A stretch of 64,000 bases of DNA from an uncultured Sphingosinicella sp. (lineage in GTDB: Bacteria > Pseudomonadota > Alphaproteobacteria > Sphingomonadales > Sphingomonadaceae), in contig CAZTPD010000001.1 in NCBI GenBank assembly GCA_964614625.1, forward strand, positions 3,497 to 67,496. Reading direction: 5' to 3'. The position numbers and the translations under genes are program-made. Under the pieces are notes generated by a model. It was not told the origin of the DNA. It was given only the letters and a program-made list of their open reading frames with translations, and did not search any database. Below, piece after piece: positions 28,713 to 38,605 of the stretch; the stretch's first letter is position 1; every line of letters begins with the position of its first letter.

Positions 28713-29603
28713 TCAGGACGGTCTGCCGAACAGCCGGCGGCCGTTGCCGTGCAGCACCTTCTCGCGCTCCGCATCGTCCAGATGCGCCGTCGCCGCGATC
28801 GCCTGGTCCACCATCTCGGCATAGCTGTCCTGCGTGTTGCCGTAGTCGGACCCCCACATGACGCGATCGGCGCCGAAGGTGTCGACCAGCAGCCGCACGA
28901 ACCCCGCCGGGTCGATGCCGGCCTGGGCGAAGCGGTTGAAGTTGATCTGCGTGAATTTGAAATGGATGTTGGCGACGTCCGCGAGCTCCAGATGGTCGTG
29001 CCCGATCGTGCCCACGACGCCGCCTTCGACGCCGGGCCAGCCGCAATGGTCGAGCGCGATCTCCGTGCGCGGATAGCGTCTCGCCAGCGCGATGATCCGC
29101 CGCAGCGCCGCTTGCGAGGGCTGCCCCGGTGCGTACATGATCACCATGCGCAGGCCCAGCTCGGCGGCGACGTCCCAGGTGTCGAGAGCGGCCGGCGAAT
29201 CGAGCCAGGGATAATTGCCGGCCTCGTCCGGATAACCGAACAGCCGCAGCCCGCTGACATTGTGGCCTTCGGCGAGCGTGCGCAGCTGCAAGGGCGTATC
29301 CGGCGCGTCGGCGCGCAGGATCAGGACGGCGGAGACGCGGTCGGGCTGCGCGTCGGCAACGTCGATCGCGTAGCGATTGTCCGTCTTGTACACGGTGTTG
29401 TACTGCACCGCCGCGCCGCCGGTCACGCCGCATTCGTCCCAGAGCCACAGCAGCCGATCCGCGGTCGGCGGATCGCGCTCCAGCCGCGCCGCGAGCGCGT
29501 CCGGGCCTTCGCGCGCGCCGGTCAGGTCGACCGGGTAGCGCGCGGTGTCGTTGGTGAAGAAATGCGCATGGGTGTCGAACAGCCTGATGTGTGAACGCGT
29601 CAT
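28713..29603 (-). CDS. Amidohydrolase_2 family protein
   Basis: DTHAH, YKTDNRY, LDHCG, FGADRVMWGSDY, HGNGRRLF; start placed at ATG 29603. Confidence 0.88.
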   Translation of the reverse strand: MTRSHIRLFDTHAHFFTNDTARYPVDLTGAREGPDALAARLERDPPTADRLLWLWDECGVTGGAAVQYNTVYKTDNRYAIDVADAQPDRVSAVLILRADAPDTPLQLRTLAEGHNVSGLRLFGYPDEAGNYPWLDSPAALDTWDVAAELGLRMVIMYAPGQPSQAALRRIIALARRYPRTEIALDHCGWPGVEGGVVGTIGHDHLELADVANIHFKFTQINFNRFAQAGIDPAGFVRLLVDTFGADRVMWGSDYGNTQDSYAEMVDQAIAATAHLDDAEREKVLHGNGRRLFGRPS

Positions 29604-29756
29604 CAAATGAATACGTCTATATACAACATAGTTTGTCAATATCATATTTTTGCTTGCCGCCTGACGCCCATCTGTCACAATCGGATGCTGACCGAACATG
29701 AATCGCGGGCGCCTCGGATCGCCGAACGATGGCCGCGCATCGAAGGGGAGCAGAGG

Positions 29757-30164
29757 ATGCCCATCAGGTCCGATATCATTGTCTCGGCCGTGGGAGCCGC
29801 CGCGCTGTCGCTGACGGTCTACGGCGCATTGGGCGGCGCGGCCCCGGCGAACGCCCTGCACGCCCAGGCTGTCCAGCCGCCGCCCGCCTTCGCCCAGTGC
29901 CGGGGCTGTCACACGGTCGTCAGGGGCGGCCGGTCGGGCGTCGGGCCGAACCTGTTCGGGGTCAGCGGCGCGCCGGCCGCCGCCAAGCCGGATTATGCCT
30001 ATTCGTCGGCGATGAGGGCGTCCCGGCTGCGCTGGGACCGCGCGACGCTGGATGCCTATCTGGCCGATCCCAGGGCGGTTGTCCCCGGCACCAGGATGAC
30101 CATTCCCGTCAGGAATGCGGCGCAGCGAAGAGAGATCATCGACTATCTCGCCAGACTGAACTAG
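29757..30164 (+). CDS. Cytochrome c2-like periplasmic cytochrome c
   Basis: Signal peptide, CRGCH, GPNLFGV, YAYSSAM, PGTRM. Confidence 0.9.
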   Translation: MPIRSDIIVSAVGAAALSLTVYGALGGAAPANALHAQAVQPPPAFAQCRGCHTVVRGGRSGVGPNLFGVSGAPAAAKPDYAYSSAMRASRLRWDRATLDAYLADPRAVVPGTRMTIPVRNAAQRREIIDYLARLN

Positions 30165-30181
30165 CCGCGCAGGAGAGCCCC

Positions 30182-30658
30182 ATGATCCGTCACCTGGCCG
30201 CAATCGCGCTCTGCCTGTCCGTCCCGGCCGCCGCGCAGACCGCGCGGCCGTCCCTCGATTACGCCACGGCCGCGACGATCCGCGATACGTGCATCTCCTG
30301 GGCGACGGCGCGACGGCTCAGGCTGGCGATCGTGGTGCTCGAGCACCACGGCATGCCGGTCACGGTGGCGCATATGGACGGCGTCTCGATGGGCGGCGGC
30401 GAGATCGCGCAGTGGAAGGCGTTGTCGGCGGCCAGGTTCGGCCGCGCGACCGCCGACACCGCGCGGATGAATCCGCCCGCCAACATGCCGAGCGTCGCGA
30501 CGCTGGAGGGCGGCGTGCCGATCTACACCGCCGATGGCGCGCTGCTCGGCGGTGTCGGTGTCTCGGGCGCCAGCCCGGCGGACGACGCGGCCTGCGCCAC
30601 GGCCGGGATCGAGGCGGCGGGCCTGAGCGCCGCGCGCCCCGCGCCGGCGGTTCAATAG
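30182..30658 (+). CDS. GlcG/HbpS family heme-binding protein, exported
   Basis: Signal peptide; HMDG, KALSA, GGVPI, GGVGVSGA..DD. Confidence 0.88.
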   Translation: MIRHLAAIALCLSVPAAAQTARPSLDYATAATIRDTCISWATARRLRLAIVVLEHHGMPVTVAHMDGVSMGGGEIAQWKALSAARFGRATADTARMNPPANMPSVATLEGGVPIYTADGALLGGVGVSGASPADDAACATAGIEAAGLSAARPAPAVQ

Positions 30659-31041
30659 GCGTCGATCTCCTTCAGCGTCTCCGCGGCGATCGCCCAGCTT
30701 TCGACGCCGCCGGCGACGCCGATATAGAGTGTCGTCTGGAGCAGCACTTCGCGGATATCCTCCTTGGTCGCGCCATTCTCCACCGCGCATTTGACGAGCC
30801 GCCTGAGCGGCGTGTGACGATTGAGCGCGGCGCAGATCGCCATCGTGATCAGGCTGCGCTCGCGCAACGTCAGGCCGGGCCGCGTCCAGGTTTCGCCGAA
30901 ACAGGCCGAGGTGACGAAATTCTCCAGGGGCTCGTGGAAATCGTCCGCGACGTCCAGGCGCTCGACACTTGCCTGGCCGAACAATTGCCTGCGCATTTCG
31001 CGGCCCGCCTGGAATGCGGGATCGCCGGTCTTGAGAGCCAT
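30652..31041 (-). CDS. Carboxymuconolactone decarboxylase family protein
   Basis: CFGETWTRPGLTLRERSLIT, NGATKEDIREVLLQ. Confidence 0.88.
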   Translation of the reverse strand: MALKTGDPAFQAGREMRRQLFGQASVERLDVADDFHEPLENFVTSACFGETWTRPGLTLRERSLITMAICAALNRHTPLRRLVKCAVENGATKEDIREVLLQTTLYIGVAGGVESWAIAAETLKEIDAY

Positions 31042-31058
31042 CTTTTCGTCCTTCGTGG

Positions 31059-32012
31059 TTAGCTGCGATTGCGGAATGCGGCGCCGAGCCAGCGCATCTC
31101 GTCGCGCGCCGGCCGGGAAAAGCGCACGGCGCGCAGGAAGCCGTGGCACATGCCGGATGCGACGCGCTCCTCGACCGCGACGCCGGCGGCGCGGAGCCGC
31201 GCGGCATATTCCCTGCCCTCCGCGAGCAGGGGGTCATGCTCGGCCCCCAGCAGGATCGCGGGCGGCAGGCCCGACAGGTCGTCGAGGCGCAGCGGGGCGG
31301 GGAGGGGGGCCTCGTCCCGCGCGGCGCAGGCGTGATAGGTGGCGATCATCGCGCGGATGACGGGGCCGGTCAGCGCCGGGTCGTTCGCCGCCGCGTGGCT
31401 TTCGCGCGCGGCATCGAGGTCGTACACGCCATAGCAGAGCAACTGGCAGACAAGCGCCGGGCCGCCGCCGTCGCGCAGGCGGACGGCGAGATGCGTTGCG
31501 AGGAAAGCGCCCGCGCTGTCCCCCGCGACCGCGATCCGCGTCGTATCGATCCCGAGCTCCGCGCCCATCCGGACGACCCAGTCCATCACGTCGGCGCATT
31601 GGGCGAGCGTCGCGTCGGGCGTGGATTCGGGCAACCGCGCATAATGCACGCTGATCACCGTCGCGGCCGTCGCCTCGGCGAGCGCGGTCGCGAAGCAGTC
31701 GTAGCTTTCTATGCTGCCGATGGTGAAGCCGCCGCCGTGGAGATAGACGATCGCCGGCTGCGCGCCCTCGCCGGCGGGGCGATGAATGCGGACCGCCGTC
31801 TCGATCGGCCCGCCGGCAACATAGGTGTTCGACACGATCATCCCCGCCGGGCGGGGCAAGGCGATGCGATGGGCGTCGCGATCGGCGAGCAGCCGCATCG
31901 CCTCCAGCGAGGGCGGCGTGCCCGGCGGGCGGCGCACGGCGGCGAGATAGTCCGCCAGTCCATCGGCGAGCAGAGGGGCGCCAGCCACAGTCGATCCCGC
32001 GCCGCGCCTCAC
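31059..32012 (-). CDS. Alpha/beta hydrolase, HSL family esterase
   Basis: HGGG, GDSAG, EHDPL, HGF. Confidence 0.9.
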   Translation of the reverse strand: MRRGAGSTVAGAPLLADGLADYLAAVRRPPGTPPSLEAMRLLADRDAHRIALPRPAGMIVSNTYVAGGPIETAVRIHRPAGEGAQPAIVYLHGGGFTIGSIESYDCFATALAEATAATVISVHYARLPESTPDATLAQCADVMDWVVRMGAELGIDTTRIAVAGDSAGAFLATHLAVRLRDGGGPALVCQLLCYGVYDLDAARESHAAANDPALTGPVIRAMIATYHACAARDEAPLPAPLRLDDLSGLPPAILLGAEHDPLLAEGREYAARLRAAGVAVEERVASGMCHGFLRAVRFSRPARDEMRWLGAAFRNRS

Positions 32013-32123
32013 ACACTCTCCTGTCGTGGCTGCGCCATGCGTCTGCTATCAACGCTTGGCTTATACCAGCCTTGGTGTCATGTTGAATGGCGTTTGTAAA
32101 TAGCAACTGAGCGGAGGGGTTTC

Positions 32124-32903
32124 GTGTTCAATTCGGCGGTGAAGCGCAAGCTGGAATCGGGGGAAACGGTGTTCGGCAGCTTCTTCAAGGTGGACTCGCC
32201 GCAGGTCGCGGAGCTTTACGGGCTGGCCGGTTTCGATTTCCTGATCCTCGACGCCGAGCATGGCTGCCTTTCCCACGGCCAGATCGAGAATCTGATCCGC
32301 ACCTGCGAGCGGATGGGTATGAGCAGCGTGGTCCGCACGCCCGATGCCCAGGAAGCCAATATCCTGCATGTGCTGGACAGCGGCGCGAGCGGCATTCAGG
32401 TGCCGTCGCTCAAGACCGCCGACGATGTCCGCGAGGTCATCCGCAAGGCGAAATACTGGCCGCTGGGCGAGCGCGGCTCGGCGCGCGCCTGCCGCGCCGC
32501 CGGCTACGGCACGGTCCCCGATTTCGAACAGCGGGCCAATGCGGAGACATTGGTCAGCGTCCATGTCGAGAACAGGGAGATGGTCGAGGAGATCGAGGCG
32601 CTGTGCGCCATTCCCGAGCTGGACGTCCTGTTCATCGGGCCGGGCGATCTGAGCGCCTCGCTCGGCCATCCCGGCAATGCGGGGCATCCCGATGTCGTGG
32701 CGGCGATCGACCGCGTGATCGAGGTCGCGGCGGGCCGCAAGCATATCGGCACGGTGGCGGGCAATGCGGCGCAACTCGATTCATATGTGTCGCGCGGCGT
32801 CCATTACATCGCCTGGCTGTCGGACCTCGGGCTGATGCGCGGCGCGCTGAAGGGCGCGGCGGACAATTTCGTCCCCTATCGCAACGCGGGAGCGACGCGA
32901 TGA
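32124..32903 (+). CDS. HpcH/HpaI aldolase family protein
   Basis: LDAEHG, VLDSGASGIQVP, PLGERG, LFIGPGDLSASLG. Confidence 0.92.
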   Translation: MFNSAVKRKLESGETVFGSFFKVDSPQVAELYGLAGFDFLILDAEHGCLSHGQIENLIRTCERMGMSSVVRTPDAQEANILHVLDSGASGIQVPSLKTADDVREVIRKAKYWPLGERGSARACRAAGYGTVPDFEQRANAETLVSVHVENREMVEEIEALCAIPELDVLFIGPGDLSASLGHPGNAGHPDVVAAIDRVIEVAAGRKHIGTVAGNAAQLDSYVSRGVHYIAWLSDLGLMRGALKGAADNFVPYRNAGATR

Positions 32904-33235
32904 AGCGGCCCTCCGGCGGCCGGGGCCGGGAGCTCGCGGAGGTCGCGCCGCTGCTGGACGAGATCACGCAGGACATTCTCTACGACAAGGTCTGGGAGCG
33001 TCCGGAGCTGTCGGCGCGCGACCGCAGCCTCATCACCATCACCTGCCTGATCGCGCTCAACCGGGAACAGACCCAGGGGCATATGGAGCTGGGCCTGGAG
33101 AACGGGCTGACCGTGGAAGAGCTTGGCGAGGCGATCGCGCACATCGCCTTCTATGCCGGCTGGCCGGTCGCGGTGAGCGCCGCGCGCAAGCTCAAGACGC
33201 TGGTGGCGGCGCGGCGCGATGAGGATGTGGGCTGA
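32900..33235 (+). CDS. Carboxymuconolactone decarboxylase family protein
   Basis: VWERPELSARDRSLIT, NGLT.EEL, HIAFYAGWP; ATGA overlap with the aldolase. Confidence 0.88.
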   Translation: MKRPSGGRGRELAEVAPLLDEITQDILYDKVWERPELSARDRSLITITCLIALNREQTQGHMELGLENGLTVEELGEAIAHIAFYAGWPVAVSAARKLKTLVAARRDEDVG

Positions 33236-33249
33236 TCGTCCGTCTCCTT

Positions 33250-33276
33250 CTCCCCCGCCTGCCCGCGGCGGGGGAG
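33250..33276. terminator. Hairpin between convergent genes
   Basis: ctcccccgcc-N7-ggcgggggag. Confidence 0.6.
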
Positions 33277-33289
33277 GGAAGATGGAAGC

Positions 33290-34597
33290 TCAGCCGGCCG
33301 CCTTCTCTGCCTGATTCGAGACGAGCGCCAGCGGATCGTCCGCCACGACCGCAAGCCCGCCGCCGCGATCCGACCGGACGTTCTCGAAGGTTCCGGCTTC
33401 CTTCTTGCGCAGGCCGTAGGAGCGCACCGGCTCCAGATCCTCCTTCGCGACCTCCGGCATGCGCGGCTTGCGGGCGAGCGCCGCCGCGATATAGGGCGCG
33501 AGCTCTTCGCGCTTCTTCGCGAGCCGCGCGTCCTCGTCCTGCTTGAACCGGGGCATGACCTTGCCGGCGAACAGCTCCAGCGACTCGCGGATATGTTCGT
33601 GGTTCGCTGGCCCGGTCTGCTGCACGAAGATGATCTGGTCGATGCCGACATCCGCATAGGCCTTGCAGTGCGCGTAGACCTGCTCGGGCGTGCCGATCCC
33701 GCCATTTCCGTGATTGTCCTCGATATCGGCCTCGGCCTTCTTGAAGCCCTCCCACACGGTCGAATGGCCCGGCACGGCCCTGCCGAAGGAAGCGTAGAAG
33801 CCGAGGGAATAGCCGAAATATTTGAAGCCCTCGGTGCCGCGCGCGATCGCGACCTGCTCGTCTTCATTCACCGACAGCGCGGTGACGATCGCGAAATTGG
33901 CGTTCACCGCGTGGCCGATGGGCACGCATTCGTCGGATTTGATGATGTCGTAATATTCCTTGACCCACTTGCCCGCCTGCTCTGGCGCGGCGAAGCCGAA
34001 GACGAGCGCGCCCATGCCGTTGCGCGCGGCGTGCAGGATGGTCTCGCGGCGTGAGCATGCGACCCAGAGCGGCGGGTGCGGCGCCTGGATCGGCTTGGGC
34101 ACGATGTTGCGCGCCGGCATCGAGAAATGCGCGCCAGCGAAGCCCGGATAGGGCGTCATGGTGAGCATGTTCGCGGTCTGCTCGGTCGCTTCGCGCCACA
34201 TGTCCTTCTTCTGGTCGGGATCGACGCCGAACGCCTCCAGCTCCATCGCGGTGCCGCTTTCGCCGGTGCCCCATTCGACCCGGCCGTTGGAAAGCAGGTC
34301 CAGCGTGGCGATCCGCTCGGCGACGCGCGCGGGATGGTTGATCTTGGGCGGCATCACGCAAATGCCGTGGCCCAGCCGCATCCGCTTCGTGCGCTGGCTG
34401 AGCGCGCCCAGGAACACCTCGGGGGCGGAGCTGTGCGAATATTCCTCGAGGAAATGATGCTCGACGAGCCAGGCGCAGTCATAGCCCAGCCTGTCCGCCA
34501 GTTCGAGCTCGTCGAGCGCGTTGTGAAAGATGACGCGATCCTTTTCAGCGTCGAAGGGGGCCGGGGACTGGTGCTCGTAGAACAGGCCGAACTGCAT
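33290..34597 (-). CDS. Luciferase-like (LLM class) flavin-dependent oxidoreductase
   Basis: MQFGLFYE, WLVEHHF, RVAERIATLDLLSNGRVEWG, PKPIQAPHPPLW. Confidence 0.92.
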   Translation of the reverse strand: MQFGLFYEHQSPAPFDAEKDRVIFHNALDELELADRLGYDCAWLVEHHFLEEYSHSSAPEVFLGALSQRTKRMRLGHGICVMPPKINHPARVAERIATLDLLSNGRVEWGTGESGTAMELEAFGVDPDQKKDMWREATEQTANMLTMTPYPGFAGAHFSMPARNIVPKPIQAPHPPLWVACSRRETILHAARNGMGALVFGFAAPEQAGKWVKEYYDIIKSDECVPIGHAVNANFAIVTALSVNEDEQVAIARGTEGFKYFGYSLGFYASFGRAVPGHSTVWEGFKKAEADIEDNHGNGGIGTPEQVYAHCKAYADVGIDQIIFVQQTGPANHEHIRESLELFAGKVMPRFKQDEDARLAKKREELAPYIAAALARKPRMPEVAKEDLEPVRSYGLRKKEAGTFENVRSDRGGGLAVVADDPLALVSNQAEKAAG

Positions 34598-34651
34598 GGC
34601 TGCTTCCTCAGGCTTCGCTCCCGCGCCGGCTCTTCGGACGCGGTTCTCAAT

Positions 34652-34711
34652 GACAGCCTGTCTTATAACGACCGCGCCGGCGGAAGGAAAGATAGAATCA
34701 GCTAGGCTTAT
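34652..34711. promoter_or_regulatory. Two tandem copies of the operator-like motif (reverse orientation)
   Basis: GACAG-CCTGT-CTTAT (34652-34666) and ATCAG-CTAGG-CTTAT (34697-34711), both followed by AACG. Confidence 0.55.
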
Positions 34712-34854
34712 AACGGACATGCCCCCGTGAGCTTCGGCCGCGGGGGCTTTCGTCGGGATCGTCCCCTTCGCGTCTCCGGCAATGTTGCATGGACAGGGCG
34801 GGGAACGGCTGGCAGGAGGATAGCAGGCAAGGTGTCATAGGGGTCAGGTGCCGA

Positions 34855-35655
34855 ATGGCGGATGCGGAAGGCTCGCGCCGGCGGGTTCAGTCGATCGAGG
34901 TCGGGTTCCGCGTCCTGCGGGTTCTGTGGATGGCGGAAGGGCCGCTGCCCTTGCGGGAGATCGCCGCGCGCGCCGGCATGCCGGCGAGCAAGGTGCATCT
35001 CTATCTGGTCAGCTTCGTCCGCGAGGACATGGCCTATCAGGAGGCGCAGAGCGGCCATTACGGGCTTGGCGCGTTCGCGATCCAGCTCGGCCTCGCGGCG
35101 ATCCGCCAGCTCGACGTCGTGACGCTGGCCGCCGACACGCTGACGCAGCTGCGGGACACGACCGACTGCGCGATCTACCTCTCGCTATGGGGCGATCGCG
35201 GCCCGTGCATCGTCGCCAAGGCGGACGGCACGCTCCAGGGCGCCTTCCTGGTGCGTCTGGGCTACATCCTTCCCCTGACCACCACGGCGACCGGCCTGGT
35301 CTTCCTCGCGCACCTGCCGGAATATGAGATCGCGCGCGCCCGGGCCGCGGAGGATGCCTATGCCGCCGGGCGCAACGCCCGCGCGCCGTCCGAAGAGGAG
35401 ATCGCCGAACGCGTCGGCAAGATTCACCGGCTCGGCTACGCATCGACGGCGGGCATGCTGAACCGCAACTTCGCCGCCATCTCCGCCCCGATCCTGGACT
35501 TCAGCGGCAAGATCGCCGCGACCCTGACGCTGCTCGGCCCGAGCGAATATGTGAACCGCACCCGGCACAAGGAGTTCGCCAACCTGCTGCTGGACGCGGC
35601 CCGCGGCGTATCGCAACGGCTGGGCGCGCCGGCGACGTCGGATGAGCCGCTCTGA
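34855..35655 (+). CDS. IclR family transcriptional regulator
   Basis: VQSIEVGFRVL HTH, MPASKVHLYLVSF, TATGLVFLA, AISAPI. Confidence 0.93.
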   Translation: MADAEGSRRRVQSIEVGFRVLRVLWMAEGPLPLREIAARAGMPASKVHLYLVSFVREDMAYQEAQSGHYGLGAFAIQLGLAAIRQLDVVTLAADTLTQLRDTTDCAIYLSLWGDRGPCIVAKADGTLQGAFLVRLGYILPLTTTATGLVFLAHLPEYEIARARAAEDAYAAGRNARAPSEEEIAERVGKIHRLGYASTAGMLNRNFAAISAPILDFSGKIAATLTLLGPSEYVNRTRHKEFANLLLDAARGVSQRLGAPATSDEPL

Positions 35656-35689
35656 AAAAAAGCCTGATCCCGGGCCGATGCCGCGGAAT

Positions 35690-36217
35690 CTAGAGGCGCT
35701 GGACGCCCGCGCGCCGATATTCCGGCGTGAATTCCTCGATATCGCCGGTCTCGTCCTGGTTGGCTGAAGGCGAACTGAGCGATTCGAGCAGGCGCAGCAG
35801 GAAACCCCGCAGCTCGGCCTGCTCATCCGCGTTCAACGGCGTGAGCAACTCGCGCTCCAGCGCCCGCGAATCCTTCTGCAACTGCTTGAGCGCGTGCGTG
35901 CCGGCCGGCGTGAGGCTCAGCTCGAGCAGGCGCTTGTTCGTGTCGCTCACCCGGCGGTCGATCAGCCCCTTGCTTTCGAGCAAAGCGATTTGCTTGATCA
36001 TGGTCTGCGGCTTGACGTCGTAGAGCCGCGCGAGCTCGGCCGACGACATGTTCGGGCGGGTCGACAAGGTCGTGAGGATGCGGAACTGCACGGCCGTGAC
36101 CCCGAAGGGGTGGAGAACGGCTTCCAGGCGCACATAGGCCTTGTACTGCACCTGCTTGACGAGATGCAGGATCGAATGTGAGCTTCGGCCGGACTTCGAA
36201 CGAGAGGTTTTCCCCAT
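35690..36217 (-). CDS. MarR family transcriptional regulator
   Basis: GVTAVQFRIL, SSAELAR, LESKGLIDR, LTPAG. Confidence 0.92.
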   Translation of the reverse strand: MGKTSRSKSGRSSHSILHLVKQVQYKAYVRLEAVLHPFGVTAVQFRILTTLSTRPNMSSAELARLYDVKPQTMIKQIALLESKGLIDRRVSDTNKRLLELSLTPAGTHALKQLQKDSRALERELLTPLNADEQAELRGFLLRLLESLSSPSANQDETGDIEEFTPEYRRAGVQRL

Positions 36218-36284
36218 CGGGCCTTAGTGTCCCATCGGTCCGGGCCTGTCCAGATGCGCCGGATCGGCGCGCCGGGATCATAAT

Positions 36285-36299
36285 CTAAGCCAAGCTGAC
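36285..36299. promoter_or_regulatory. Operator-like motif CTAAG-CCAAG-CTGAC upstream of marR and the MFS gene
   Basis: Copy of the recurring 15-bp motif in the marR/MFS divergent region. Confidence 0.55.
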
Positions 36300-36423
36300 A
36301 AATATCGCTTGCATTCGTTCGCATATGACGAATGATATATGTCATTGAGACCGACGCTCCGGCGCTGCGCTTTCTTGCGGGAGGGTGAAAGGGGCCAGGG
36401 ATGCGATCAGGAGAGGATGTGAG

Positions 36424-37776
36424 ATGGCGACCAGCAGCGGGCCGATCAGCGTCGATAGCTTTCTCGACAGTCTGAAGTTCAATCGTTTCCATCTCACCAT
36501 TCTGATCCTTTGCACCGTCCTCACCGCCATCGACGGCTATGAGCTTTACATCGTCGGATGGGTGTTGCCCGATCTGGCCCAGGATTTCGGCGTGTCGCGC
36601 ACCGCGATCACCTCGGCGATGGTCGCGCAGCAGGTGGGCATGCTGCTCGGCGCCTTCGTCATCCCGCCGCTCGCTGATCGCGTCGGCCGCCCACGGCTGC
36701 TGCTGTTCTGCTACACCGGAATGGCGCTCAGCGCGTTCGCCATCCTCTTCACCACTTCGCTGCTGCCGTTCGCGATCTGCCGGTTCGTCGCCGGTTTCTG
36801 CGGCACCGCGATGATCCCGATCCTGGTTTCGCTGGCGTCGGAGACGGCGCCCCAGCGACTGCGCGCGACGATGAGCACCATCACGGTGAGCGGCACCATG
36901 ATCGGCGCGCTGCTCGGCGCGCTGATGCAGGGCTTCGTCCTGGAGCCGTTCGGCTGGCGCGGAGGTTTCTGGATCGCGGTCGCCCTGCCGGTGATGATGC
37001 TGCCTTTCATCTATTTCTTCCTGCCCGAATCGCTGCGTTCGCTCGCCGCGCGGAATCCCGACGATCCGAGGATACAGACGCTCGCGCGCAAGATGCAGCC
37101 GGGGCGGGAGGAGCCTGTGACGTTGACGGTGCCGCCCAAGCCCGAGCGCGCCGCGGGCGCGACCCTGCTTGCGGATATTTTCGGCCCCGGACAGCGGATG
37201 AAGACGTTCCTCATGTGGGCGATCACCGTCTCCAGCTTCGTGTTCATCACCGCGGGGGTGTGGAAGACGACGATCTTCAAGGACGTGGTCGGCCTGTCCT
37301 GGTCGCAGGTCGCGCTCATCAATGGCGTCAACACGGTCGCCGGGTTCTTCGGCATGCTGCTGATCGGCTTCTTCATCGACCGGCTCGGCTTCAAGCGGGT
37401 GATGGTCTCCACCTTCCTGCTCGCGGCGGGCTTCTCGGTGCTCATCGGCGTGCTGGCGCCCACCATCGGCATGTTCGTCGCGGTCGGATTCATGGCGATG
37501 TTCCAGCATGGCGGCCAGGCGAGCATCGCCGCGCTCGCCGCCGCGCTCTACCCGCCGCGGAGCCGCGCCACGGGCGTGGGCTGGGCCTATGGCGCGGCGC
37601 GCATCGCGTCGATCTTCGCGCCGCTGTTCGGCACCTTCGTGCTCAGCGAGGGTTTCGGGCCGGTCATGATCTTCGCGCTGCTCGGCGTGCCGCTGGCGTC
37701 GGCGGGGATCTTCACCTTCTGGCTGATGAGCCTCAAGGGCGCGCCGCAGCCGGTGCGTGCCGGCCATGGGCACTAG
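36424..37776 (+). CDS. MFS transporter, aromatic acid:H+ symporter (AAHS)-like
   Basis: Multiple TM segments; IDGYE, LADRVGRPR, SETAP..LRA, LYPPRSRATGVGWA. Confidence 0.9.
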   Translation: MATSSGPISVDSFLDSLKFNRFHLTILILCTVLTAIDGYELYIVGWVLPDLAQDFGVSRTAITSAMVAQQVGMLLGAFVIPPLADRVGRPRLLLFCYTGMALSAFAILFTTSLLPFAICRFVAGFCGTAMIPILVSLASETAPQRLRATMSTITVSGTMIGALLGALMQGFVLEPFGWRGGFWIAVALPVMMLPFIYFFLPESLRSLAARNPDDPRIQTLARKMQPGREEPVTLTVPPKPERAAGATLLADIFGPGQRMKTFLMWAITVSSFVFITAGVWKTTIFKDVVGLSWSQVALINGVNTVAGFFGMLLIGFFIDRLGFKRVMVSTFLLAAGFSVLIGVLAPTIGMFVAVGFMAMFQHGGQASIAALAAALYPPRSRATGVGWAYGAARIASIFAPLFGTFVLSEGFGPVMIFALLGVPLASAGIFTFWLMSLKGAPQPVRAGHGH

Positions 37777-38605
37777 CGCGCCGGCGGCGCCGGCCGTCAC
37801 CGGCCCCGCCGTCGACGCCCATGCCCATGTCTTCACCCGCGCCATGCCGTTCGCGCCGGACGCGCATTCGCGGCCGGCCTACGACTATCCGGTCGATGCC
37901 TGGCTCGCCGATCTCGACCGGCACGGCATCGCCCGTGGCGTGATCGCGGCGGCAAGCCTGTTCAACGACGGCAACGCCTATACGCTCGCCGCGCTCGCGG
38001 CATGGCCGGGGCGGCTGCGCGGCACGGTGATCGCCCCGCCCGACACGGATTCGCGGACCCTGCGCGAGCTGGCGGAACATGGCGTGGCGGGCGTGCGCCT
38101 CGTCTGGCGGCGGGTGGCGGACCTGCCCGATCTCGATCGCGATCCGTATCGCGGTTTTCTGCGCCGGATCGCCGATTGCGGCATGCATGTGGAGCTCCTG
38201 TCGCGGAGCGTGAGCCTGCCCGTGCTGCTGCCGGCCCTTGTCGCGGCGGGAGTCCCCGTCGTGGTCGACCATTTCGGCGTGCCCTCGCGCGATGCGGGCG
38301 AGCGCCGGGCCGGCACCGACGCGCTGCTTCGCGCGATCGACACGGGCAGGATCTGGGTGAAGCTCTCGGCGGGCTTTCGCATGCCTTTCGAGATCGCCGC
38401 CGAGGTCACCGCGTGCCTGCTTGATCGGGCCGGGCCGGAACGATTGCTCTGGGGCAGCGACGCCCCGTTCGTGAATCACGAGGCGGGAACCAGCTTCGCC
38501 GACACGCTCGACCTCTACCGCCGCCTGGTCCCCGACGCGGGGACACGCGGCGCGATCGACCGGACGGCGCTGGCGCTGTTCTTCAACCAGGGGAGCCAAG
38601 GATGA
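37766..38605 (+). CDS. Amidohydrolase_2 family protein (LigI/PDC-hydrolase-like lactonase)
   Basis: DAHAHVF, GVAGVRL, VDHFG, WVKLSA, LLWGSDAP. Confidence 0.85.
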   Translation: MGTSAPAAPAVTGPAVDAHAHVFTRAMPFAPDAHSRPAYDYPVDAWLADLDRHGIARGVIAAASLFNDGNAYTLAALAAWPGRLRGTVIAPPDTDSRTLRELAEHGVAGVRLVWRRVADLPDLDRDPYRGFLRRIADCGMHVELLSRSVSLPVLLPALVAAGVPVVVDHFGVPSRDAGERRAGTDALLRAIDTGRIWVKLSAGFRMPFEIAAEVTACLLDRAGPERLLWGSDAPFVNHEAGTSFADTLDLYRRLVPDAGTRGAIDRTALALFFNQGSQG

